A stretch of DNA of 64,000 nucleotides from NCBI GenBank assembly GCA_009103225.1, contig RHPI01001553.1, forward strand, positions 45,047 to 109,046, written 5' to 3'. This document shows, in pieces, positions 46,995 through 57,913 of the stretch. Within the stretch, counting starts at the first letter, position 1; the number at the start of each line of letters is the position of its first letter. A program made the position numbers and the translations under genes. A model generated the notes under the pieces. That model was not told the origin of the DNA. It did no database searches and worked only from the letters and a program-made list of their open reading frames with translations. The stretch comes from Chlorokybus atmophyticus (lineage: Eukaryota; Plantae; Mesostigma and Chlorokybus algae).

Positions 46995-49900
46995 ATGACA
47001 AAGATGGAGGCGACCTATGACAAGGGGCAGATTGCAAAGCTGGACACCGACAACTACAACACATGGTGCGTGGAGATGAAGGCCTTATTCATCCACAAGA
47101 AGGTGTGAAAGTACGTTATTTCAAAGGCACCACCACCAACACCAAGAGCGAACACTGTGTAGTTAGAGCATTCAACAGAAGCACACTCTTTGCTTGCGTT
47201 GAACAGCAAACCACATCACTTTCCCATGCTCACTGCATGTGAAGATGGTAGACAAGCTTGGGAAAAGCTATTAGCCGTTTTCAGAGCCAAGAACAATGCC
47301 AGACAGTTGCATCTGCGCAAGCAGCTCAGCGCACTCAGAAAAGGAGGCAGCAGAACCTATCACGAAGCTTGTTGCACGCGCAACAGAGCTATGGGCAGAC
47401 CTCATTAATGTCGGCCACAACATGGGGGAGACGGAGGTAGTGCTGGCCATTGTTGCAGGGCAACCAGCAGAGTACGAGGTCGTCGCAACACTGCTGGAGA
47501 CATCGTCAGCGGAGCTGACGCTGGACGATGTACTGTCGAAGCTGCTCACCGTGAAGCAGAGGGTTGTGAAGAAGGACGAGCAAGCTGATGCCGTGGCCTT
47601 CTACACCAACAAGCACGGGAAGAAGAGCAACCATGAAGAAAAGAATAAGGGCAACAAGCCGGGCAATCCTCGTCACAAAGACCTCACATGCCATTGGTGT
47701 GGTTGGAAGGGGCACATTGTGAAGGACTGCAGGAAGAAACAACAGGGGCAACCTAGAGCAAGCACCAGCAACAGCGGCAACGAGCACCAACACAAGGAGA
47801 AACATGTCGTCTTCACTGCATCCAGTTCGAGGGCGGGCACAGCTTTTTGGGTGGTGGACTTTAGCTGCGATCGTCATCTCACCCCCAACAAGGAGCTGAT
47901 GGAGGGCTACAGGAAGCTGACGTCACCAGTGAAAGTGGCAGGCTTTGGTGGCGAAATACTGGTGGCTGAGGGAGTTGGCAATGTACGACTCCAGTGCAAG
48001 GTTGGTAACACACTACGCGAGGTGTTGTTATGCAACGTTCTGCATGTGCCAAAGGCTGTTGCAAGTCTGTTCTCTGAAAGAATTGCTGAGGGCTTGGGAG
48101 CAAAGATAGTGTTCCGGAAGGGTGACTGCACAGTTTTCCTTGATGGGGTCGTGCACATGGTTGGAATCGCTGATCCGAGAGGGCTTCACCACGCGGAGCA
48201 GCACCCTCAGAACATTGACATTCAAGCCATGATGGTGAAGGACAAGGAGTCGCTAACATTGTGGCATTGATGGTTCGGGCATCTCAGCTACGTCAACCTC
48301 GCTCGCCTTGTCGCTGAGAAGATGGTCAAGGGCATCCATCTCAGCACAGAAGAACTCAAGAATGCATCAGGTGCACTTTGTGAACCATGCTTGCTTGCAA
48401 AGCAGCATGCTACGCCATTCGCATCATCCTCATCTAGCAGCCAGCATCCTTGCGAGCTTGTGCACATGGGTCTGCTGTGGCAGGGTCTGTGGCCCTATGC
48501 GCATTGTGGCAAAGGGAGGGGTCATGTACTTTGCTACATTCCTCGACGACTACAGCAAGCTATCCGTCATCTTTCCGCTGACACGGAAGGCAGAAATTGC
48601 TGCAGCTGTGCGCACAATTGAGACCTAGTTGGAGACCCATGCTGGCAACAAGATGAAGGCAATGTGGAGTGATCGAGGAGGGGAGTACATCAACAAGAAG
48701 TTGAAGGAGTTCTTCGCTAGCAAGGGCATGCGCCACGAGACAACGGCACCCTACACCCCGTAGCAGAATGGAGCTGCTGAACGCCTCAACAGAACACTCT
48801 TGGAGCGTGTTCGAGCCATGCTCAATGACACAAAGATGGAAGACAGTATGTGGCAGGAGGCGGTATTCACTGCCAACTACATCCGCAACAGATCCCCAGT
48901 GAGCTCAGAGCAGAAGACTCCGTGGGAGCACTTCTTATGGAGCCGCACCAGATGTGAGTGGTATGCGTGTGTTTGGATGCACGGCATATGCACTAGTGCC
49001 TACACAGCTCAGGCACAAGCTAAAGCCGGTCAGCAAGAAGGGCATCTTCGTTGGCTATGAACCGGGTTCCAAGGCTTACAGGATCTTGCTCGAGAACACT
49101 CAGAAGATCATCGTCAGCAGAGAGGTGGTTTTCCACAAGGGATTGTCACAACCAGAAGCACGCTTCTTTCCTAAAGATGAAGCACGGCCAAAGGAGCATC
49201 CTGAGACAGTGGAGGCTACAGGCAAGGCCATCATCAACAATCAGGGTGAGCGGGACTCGGCTGCAGCAGGCCAAGAGCAGCCGCACCTGCAGCAGGAGCA
49301 CGCAGCTCGGAGATACCCAGCGAGGGAGAGAAAGGCACCTGACTTCTTACACAAGGCACACGTCGCCAATGTGCACAATGAGGAGCCAAGCACCTACGAG
49401 GAGGCATTGTTAGCACCAGATGCGGAGCAATGGCAGCGTGCTATGGACAAGGAGATTGTGTCACTCCATGCCAACAACACTTGGTCACTGGAGCAGTTAC
49501 CGCAAGGAGTGGAGACCATTCCAGTGAAATGGGTCTTCAAGGTGAAGCGTGATGGTCAGGGCAACATTGAGCGCTACAAGGCAAGACTGGTGGCAAAGGG
49601 ATTTTGCAGCAGGAAGGTGTGGACTTCAACGAAGTGTTTGCACCTGCAAGTAAGCATACCACCTTCCGTGCACTGCTAGCTGTGGTTGCTGCTGAGGACT
49701 TAAAGCTGCATCACCTCAACGTGAAGACTGCCTTCCTTTACGAAGAGCTGGAGGAGGAGATCTTTATCGAGCAACCACCTGGATATGAAGAGGGGGAGTG
49801 AGGCACAGCGTGCAAGCTGATCAAGGCACTTTACGGGCTGCGACGGGCACCGCGTATGTGGCACATGAAGCTCACCAAGAAGATAGAGGCACTTGGCTTC

Positions 49901-51376
49901 ACCGCATCCTCTGCAGACCCTTGGCTCTTCTTTCATGTAGACAACAAGGTCTGGCTGCTCGTGTATGTGGATGATATTCTCATCACCGCCAGGCAGGTGC
50001 ACCACCTGCAGGAGACGAAACTTGCAATACAACAAGCATTCTCAATTCGTGATCTTGAAGAGGCCAAGTGGTTCCTTGGCATGGTGATTGAGCGCGACAG
50101 GGCTGCTCGCACAATCAAGATCAGTCAGAAGCAGATGGTGAGAAGACTCGTCACCAAGTTCGGGCTCACTGATGCAAAGACCAAGACCACACCGCTGGCA
50201 CTTGGCACTGCCCTCATAAAGGCAAAGGATGAGGAGGTACTCGACAAGGCTCAGTATCCATATGGTGAGATGGTAGGCAGCATGCTCTATCTGGCAGTGT
50301 GCACACGTCCCGATGTTGCACATGCTGTGGGAGTACTTGCTCGCTACATGTCTGCACCGAGCATGGAGGTCTGGAAAGCAGCAAAGGGAGTACTACGCTA
50401 TATTTCTGGGAGCGCAACAATTGGCATCAAGTTTAGGAGCGGGAGCACTGAATTGGAGGGCTACTGCGACTCAAAATTTGCTGGTGACCTTGACGGCAGG
50501 AGGTCCACTACTGGCCATGTTTTCAAGTTGAACGGAGGCGTGGTGAGCTGAAACAGCAGGCTGCAGCCAACAACAGCAGCATCTACATCAGAGGCTGAAT
50601 ACATGGCAGCGGCAGCAGCAGTGAAGGAGGCACTCTAGCTTCGTAAGCTCATGGCAGATTTGGAGCACCCCATAGCGTGCATTGTCATCAACTGTGACAA
50701 CCAAGGAGCCATCAAGTTGTTGAAGCACCCTATCGCCTCGGCAAGGACGAAGCACATTGGTGTCATGCATCACTTTGTGCGTGACAGAGTCACAAGGAAG
50801 GAGGTGGAGTTCCAGTACTGCAACACCGAGGGCATGCTGGCGGACTTCATGACAAAGCCATTGTCACCGCTCTGTTGAAGGTATTACATGGGTGATGCTT
50901 GTATCCGGTCAGCTTGCCCTTCATACAGGAGTCGAGGGTCGAAGGTACCAGGAAGAAGCGCGTGGGCTCCAGACTTAGCAAGATGGTCGAATCATGACGG
51001 ACTCCGGACCAGGCTGCTTGGTAGAGCCTTGGGAGCAATCGCGTAGCTTCGTGGATACGTAAGCTTAGCAGGCGTGGCTTAGCTTGTTGGAAAGCTCTGA
51101 TTGTAAGTTAGACAGCGTAGCTTACAAAACAGCAATCGGCTGAGTATAGCGCACGCGGTGCTTGCCAATGTAGACGTGTGTAGAGACTAGCGGGGTATAA
51201 AGCCCAAACTTGTTGCAATGAAGATAAGAGGTCACGATGTAGCATGTGTGCAGATGCTATGGCGGCAGTAGCAGTCATGCTTTTGTGTTGATGTTGTTGG
51301 CGTGTCACTTGCACGTGTGTATGTGAACACGCTCAAGTTCTAGACTTGTTGCGCAGGACTTGGCATCTGTGTTTGA
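46995..51376 (+). pseudogene. Copia A gag-pol, multiple stops and frameshifts
   Basis: KLDTDNYNTW, CHWCGWKGHIVKDC, WVVDFSCDRH, integrase SDRGGEY, RT YKARLVAKG and YVDDIL, RNase H CDNQGA, TKHI, ADFMTKPL. Confidence 0.95.
50873..51329 (+). mobile_element. Solo LTR (457 bp) of a related Copia family inserted at the end of Copia A pol
   Basis: TG...CA ends and TSD CGCTC at 50868-50872 and 51330-51334. Shares TGTTGAAG, ATCCGGTCAG and TAGCTTGTTGGAAAGCT with the Copia C LTR. Confidence 0.92.
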
Positions 51377-52386
51377 CTACAGGAGCAAGCGTTGGAGGTC
51401 AAGCTGCTCGCGTGAGAGTGTTGAGAGTCATTCCTAAATAGGATTAGCATCGACCCTCCACACAGGAGTAGAAGGTCGTAAGGACGAGCACTAGGTCCGG
51501 ATTCAGCAAGATGGCGTCGTTGGACCAGACTCCGGACTCCAGACTGCTGTCATGCGCGAGCATGTAGTGACATTTGCATGGTGCCCTCGGGGCTGGCGGC
51601 ATGGATGGACCTTGGGATTTCGGCTCTCGTAGCCATTCTACAGGGTTTATGTGTTGGGTTTTGGTTGGGAACTCATGTTTGAGTCCTCATGGACGTGAGG
51701 GAGGTGTGTTCGAGGCGTATCTACAGTTAGATACCAAGCTGACAGCATATTTGAGTCATTATGGTATCCCGCGCAGCTGTCTTGGAGTTGTGACTTTGAG
51801 AAGCCATAACTTACAGTTGGAGTGGCGTTTTAGCCGTGGGTTGGCGTAAAAAGATGCGTCTTGAAGTATACTTGAAGAGGATAGGCTTGAATAAGCCTTT
51901 CCTAACCTTCTACCGTTACTTATCAACGCCATCCTGACTGTTACTATGCTGGTGCAAACTGACAGTTAGGGTAGTTGGAGAGTTGTTTGGGCTTGGGCTC
52001 AACGGTGGTATATAAGGCTTTGCTAGCTTGTTTCCTAGTTTGGTTGGATGCAAGGTGGCCTACTGGAGTGCAAGCAACACCTTTGGGAAGAGGTTCTTGG
52101 CTGAGCGGATGCTTGTGCACATGCTTGCATGTATGGTGTCTGTGCACGTGTCCGTTGCTGTGCATGAAGGGGTGTGTGTCACTGTTGCGACTTTAATGCA
52201 CCGCATGGGCTGCCTTAGCATGTACATTGAGTGAGGATTGAGTTTGGACTATTCTACACGAGTGAACAGCTGATTGCAAGTCAAGTTGTGGTCATCTTGC
52301 CTACCTTTTGCAAGGGGACACGCATCTTTCACTTGCATCCAACCCATCAGCTGAATTTACTCGAGGTAGAAGCAAGTTGCGAGTTC

Positions 52387-54035
52387 ATGCCCACCAGATC
52401 TGGAGAGGACTGGCAGTCACGCCCACCCAATCCGCCCTCGAAGAGAGGAGCGAAAGGAAGGATCACTCCGGTGGAGGAGGGCCTTGCCGAAGGAGTGGAG
52501 TTGTCAAGTGACGAGGAGTCAGACATCGAGGACGTGGGTGGAGAGATGCATAATTTAGCTGCAAGCATGGATAGCACACCGAAGTTTAGTGGGAGGCCTG
52601 GCACGGCGGACCTACGGGACTTCATCGATCGCTTCGACTCCGAGATGGTAAAATGGGAGTACCGGGACAAGTCAGGGTGGGACGAGCACAAATCCTTCAA
52701 GATGTTGCCTCTATACCTTAAGGATGAAGCTCTTGGCACGTGGAGAGAGTTCAAGGAGCAGCTGGAGGTAAGGGAGAGGGCGTTGCGGCTCGGCGCACCG
52801 ACTGCGTTTGAAGCTGAGTGGAAGAAGGAGCAGCCCGTGACTGAGTTCAAGGCGCTCTTGAGGAAGACCTACCCATAATCAACACCCGCCAAGGTTCGTG
52901 AGCTGAGTTTCTTCAAGCGCAATGTCGGGGAGACGGCGAGGATGATGTATACGCGCATGCTCAAGCTCTTGACGAACACGGACTACAAGGTGATGACGGA
53001 TCAGACCGCGGCGGTTGTGTCCCTTCAACAACTAGAGGCGGACTTGAGGCTGAGGTGGAGACCATGTTGACCACTCAGTCCGAGTTCGGCACATACACGC
53101 TTGCAGATGTCTTCAAGGTGGCCGAGACGGCAGAAATTGAGCATGAGTACCTCAAGAACATTGACCGGCTGCGTCGGGGGTTAAAGTTGCTTTAGATTTC
53201 GGAGGAGAAGAGCTCTTCCAAGCCCGCGGCGACATTGGCGGCAAGCAAGGCAGCTGGTGAGAAGCCGAAGGAGTTCAAGCACGCCAACAACGCGGTTGTG
53301 GAAGGTGTGTCGAGTGCCAAATGCTGGTCGTGTGGCGAGCAAGGCCATATTGCAAGGGATTGTGGGACAGGCAAAAAGGTGGTGTGCTCTCTTTGCAAGA
53401 AGGGCGGGCATGTCGATGCCAAGTGTTGGAGTAAGCATCCGGAGCTGCGTCCACAACAAAGAGGGGCAGTCGGAGCTCACTCGAGTGTGAGAGCGGAGCC
53501 ATCAATGTCGGAGGTGACAAAGGCATTGGCGGCAATGCAATCGGAGTATGCATCGTTGAAGAGCATGCTCGAGCGAGGGAAATGGCCCGAGAAAGGAGCG
53601 GAGGATAAGCCAAGCAGCTCCGGAGGCTACCTCGCGTATAGTGCGCTTCACGAAGGCACTAAGGTGGCAGCGGTTGCGACGACGAGAGCGTCAGCACGCC
53701 AAAACGCTGCACCAGCTCCCCCGACTAGGATGGTTGAGGAGGAGGCCGCGCCCGTCCGCGAGGAGGGCGTGGATCATGATAGGATGCGTGCACCAGCTGC
53801 ACGCATGCCTATGTCATTCAAGTTGCTGCCAACAACCCCGTTGGAGCAAGAGAGTTCGCGCTCGGAGGGTGCGAAAGTGCAGCCGACCGCTACGGCAACG
53901 GCGCAACATGATGTCGGCGCCGGTGGCGGTGGTGAGCATAAGAGAGTGGAGCATAAGAGAGTGGAGCATAAGAGAGTGGCAAGATGCTTTCCCAACAGCC
54001 CGCAGCTCAAGCCAATGAAGAAAACTTGGGGTTGA
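52387..54035 (+). pseudogene. gag with two CCHC-type knuckles (decayed)
   Basis: PKFSGRPGTADLRDFIDRF, LYLKDEALGTW; knuckles CWSCGEQGHIARDC and CSLCKKGGHVDAKC. Stop at 52876-52878 plus frameshifts. Confidence 0.85.
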
Positions 54036-54380
54036 CGGCGCCGTTGGAGAGCGTTGCGGCGGAGCTGGTCGGGCAGCCGCTTGTTCGCTTGAAGGACCTT
54101 GGAGTCAGCAAGGAACACGTGGTGGAGCTGTTGCAAAGTGCTCTAGACACCACAAAGACTGCCTCGACAAAGTCTCATGATCATGTGAGCAAGTCTCATA
54201 ATGATATGGTGGCGCAAACAGGCCATATGCCTGCGCGCACGGAGCTGGCGGCGTCGGAGGGGTCGGCGTCGGCGTCGAGTTCTCTCACTCAGCTTGGAGA
54301 CAAGCTAGAGGAAGGTGTGGGGAGTGTAGGAGGGATGTTGGCACACTTCCCGCCACCCGGCCGGCCTTGAGAGAGAGAAG

Positions 54381-55082
54381 ATGTCGCCAAATGTGGCGAT
54401 GGATAGACAACCGAGGGGGGCACATCAGCCTAGATGCCTAGTGCCGGTTGTCTTGGTGGATACAGGTGCCCAACTTGTTATTTTGGGTGCTAGAGCTGTC
54501 AAAGGGATGGGACTCAGCCCCAAGGAGTGGGAGCCATGCCCGGTCATGATTAATACCTCGGCGGGAACCGTAGAGGCCGTGTGCGGCATAACGGTGCAGC
54601 CGGTGGACATATGCTTGATTGCGTTGGGAGGTGCTACCACGACCTTCAAGGTTCGATGCCTCATCACGGATGCGAAGAGGTATGATGTGCTGCTCGAACA
54701 AGACTTCTTGTTCCCCGTCGGCGGCGGCGTTGACAATTGGATCGAACAAGGGCTCTTTCGGCCGCGTTGGCGTGTGGGAGGAGGTGAGAAGGCCTATTTT
54801 CCGTTGAGCATCACGCAAGGGGGTGTTGAGAGGTCTCCAACATCCGCAGCTGCTGTCTGGGCGTGCTTGAGTCGCCGTTCAGTCAAGGAATGGCTTGGTG
54901 ACAGCACCGACATATACTATGACCATGTGGAGGAGGGGGAGAGTGTCTCCCCGCACATGGAGGAGGGGAGACCTCCGGAGCTGGTCTATACGGCTCAAAC
55001 TCAGTCGCAAGAGCTGCAAATGGCTGCACAACACCGTGCTCAGCGGCAACAAGAGGCTCGAGACAAGGTTAGCCAAGCATGA
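54381..55082 (+). pseudogene. Retroviral-type aspartic protease region of pol
   Basis: VLVDTGAQLVIL active-site motif and YDVLL (C-terminal ILG-equivalent). The frame continues past TGA 55080-55082 into DNMT motif I. Confidence 0.88.
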
Positions 55083-55196
55083 ATGAAGGATGTGATGGCA
55101 TTGGAGCCGCCGTTGCTGCCCGAGGGTGTGAGAGCTGTTCATCCGCCTATCAACTACAACACCATCGAGTGGAAGGTGCCCGAGGATGGTGTCGTG

Positions 55197-56377
55197 ATGG
55201 TGGAGCTGTTTGGTGAAATTGTGGGCTTGCGGCCGCGTTGATTGCCGGCATCAAGGTGCGGCGCTACGTCTATGTGAACCCTTCGCCAACGGCACAACAA
55301 GGTGCACAACATCATGTGAGGATTTTGTTGAAGAAGTATCTGGATCTGCTACATAAGGGTGCGGTGAAGGGTTTTCAAAACACATGGCCGCAAGACATTT
55401 GCTTGGTGGGGCCACATCATCTCGTGGCAATCGGCCATGTGGATTTGCTTGTAGCGGGGTGGGAATGCCAAGGGCATTCACGGGCTGGTCATGGCAAGGG
55501 ATTGATGGATGCGCGCTCGTCATTGTTTTGGGAGTTGGTGCGCGTCATCAACATGATTCAGCAAGGCCAAGAGCAGCCCATGGCGTACGTCACTGAGAAC
55601 GTACCAGCTGAAGACGACAAGCGCAAGCGCGTGCGAGAGGACTATCAGCTGGTGAGACATGTGCTAGGTCATGAGCTGGTCATGGATGCCGCACGTCATG
55701 GTTCGCGCGCGCATCGGCTGCGTGTGAAGTGGACAAACCTCGCGTCGGTTGAGTTGCTTCGCACGGTGCAGCAAGAGTACTCTAGACCGCAAGGTTTGAC
55801 AGTCAACCAAGTGCTGGAGCATGGGCGCACAGCACAACAGGTCAACAAGGCTGATCGGCCGCCTCAAGAGGTGGTGAACCAGGTTGGGCACGACATGGCG
55901 GCCTTGCCGACATTGGTAACATACCCAGGCTCTTATGCATTCCGCAAGGGAGGGCCAGGGCTGGTGTGGGACTCACGAAAAAGCAGGTTGAAAGAGCCAA
56001 CAGCTGGTGAGCGCGAGCGTGCGATGGGGTTCTTGTCCGGTGCAACAGCGGCGCCAGGACTGAGTGAACAACAGCGCCGAGTGCTGCTAGGACAAGACAT
56101 GGACCAGAATAGCATGGTGTGGCTTATGGTTGTTTGCTTGGCGGCACAATTGGTGGCAAGCATCATGCCGATGCAACAGCAAGCGCGTCAAGAGCCTGCG
56201 CCTCTGTCGAGGGGGTGGGAGCATGATGTACAGCATGAGGAGAGTAAGGGGGTGTCTTTTTCGCCTGTGACAGCTGCAAGTGGCAAGAAAGCGGCTGTGG
56301 ATGGTGCCTTGAAGCAGGAGAAGGCCACCGACCAGACCATGGAGTGGTGTATAGGCGAGAAAGACAACGCAGCTTAG
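55197..56377 (+). pseudogene. C5 cytosine DNA methyltransferase domain within retrotransposon pol
   Basis: Motif I-like VELFG (55200, followed by a frameshift). Motif IV DLLVAGWECQGHSRAG (Cys at 55466-55468), then GLMDARSSLF. Motif VI ENV (55595-55603), motif VIII HRLR, motif X-like LLGQDMD. Confidence 0.9.
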
Positions 56378-57913
56378 AGCGCATCAAAAGGCTGAGTATA
56401 GCTTACGCAGTGCTTGCAAACGTAGACGTGCGTGTAACTGGATGGTATAAGAACCAGCGGACAACTTGTAATAGATGAATGTGATGTGACTTGTGTATGC
56501 TCTGGTGGTGGTAGCTTTGTCTTCGTGTGCCCATGCTTGCCTCAACTACATGTGCATGCTAGTCCTTCAACACGGAGAGCCACCGAGGAGTATCTGCGAA
56601 AGCATCACACTAGAGCCTTTGCATTTGTAAGCACATGCAGTATGCAACTGTTAGCAAAACAAATGCCATCACAACGCCTTGGTTGCTAACCTTGTCGCTT
56701 GTTACCCAGAACAAGCAACTTTGAGATGACGCTGAGCGCGATGCCAACAACATTCCCCTCTACCCGAAGGAGCAAACCACACCAAAGCGGACAAGCATCA
56801 GCGGCAGCAAGGTTCAGTGTCAGCAGCGTCAACAGTGGAGGAAACCGAGTTCGCCTTTGCTGCGACCCCATAGACAGCACTTGCTCTGCAAGACACTTTC
56901 TCTTGTTATCGTAGACCGCAACTGTGAGAGCTGTGCGGTCCATGACATTATCATGCAGCATTGCAAACAATGTGCTGATCACCATCTTACCTCAGGTCAT
57001 GGAGTACTTTTTGGAGGCTGCCAGAGAAAAGTTTATCAATGAGGCAATAGAGATGGCAGCTCGCCACGGCGTTGCGCTTGAAAATGGCGCGTACCTCGCC
57101 GCTTGCACTGCACCGCGTCAAGCTGGCGAATTCTTGGGTGCCTACATATAGAGGGTGCTGAAACGATTACAAGTCGCCCGAAATCAAAAACAGAATGTAA
57201 GTGTTAAGAACGCTTCGTCAGTGCATGCTGATACATGTTATTGTGCATTCATAAATTGCACTTGTGTCACCAGAACGACACAGTCGATCACATTGTCAGA
57301 GAGGCGTCTGTACGCCTTCAAAAAGGGATGTTCGATTGAGCTGAAAGCAAGTGCGCTGAGCTTACACGCGTGCTAGATAGACTGTTCCTGCTGTCAAGAC
57401 AGATAGACTCCAGAATAGAACAGGAGAAAGAATAAGGGGTATGTTTTTAAAAAAAAAAGACATGATTTGGGTGTTAACTTTGTTCAAACTGGTGGGTATG
57501 ATCCGCACAATCATACCAAGGAAGTGTACCGTAAGGCAGAGACTGCAATTCGCCAAGGCCTTCAAGAGATTGCTGCTCAGGGCGCCATGGTGACACGGGC
57601 TGCAAATTAGCAAAGGCTGAAAGAGCAGGATTCTTAGTCGAGAATCGAAAGGACCATTATGTCCATGCTGCGCAATGGTTTAAATGAAAGCAGGCGACAT
57701 TGGTTGACTAAGGAGCGATTAGCTGCCGTGCGCACCAATGTTTAAAACGCCCAAGATGCGACTGCACAGTAGCAGGCTGAGCAACAGCAATTGCAGCAAC
57801 GCAACAAGGCGAAGTGGGAGACACGCCGGCTACGCACCAACGCCATTGCTGATCGGAGGAAGCAGAAGCAAGAAGTTTGGCTGGAAGAGCAGATGAAGAC
57901 CATCCATTTTTAC

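Larger units (their letters stand above)
51548..56360 (+). mobile_element. 5' part of a Ty3/Gypsy-like element encoding a C5 DNA methyltransferase, inserted in the Copia A 3' LTR
   Basis: Putative LTR TGTC...GACA at 51548-52320, then gag, two zinc knuckles, aspartic protease and DNMT, ending at a deletion junction at about 56360. Confidence 0.85.
46455..56572 (+). mobile_element. Ty1/Copia element A, decayed, hosting two nested insertions
   Basis: 5' LTR 46455-46879; 3' LTR split into 51419-51546 and 56361-56572. TSD CGGAG at 46450-46454 and 56573-56577. PBS GGTTATGGGCCCA at 46880. Confidence 0.93.
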
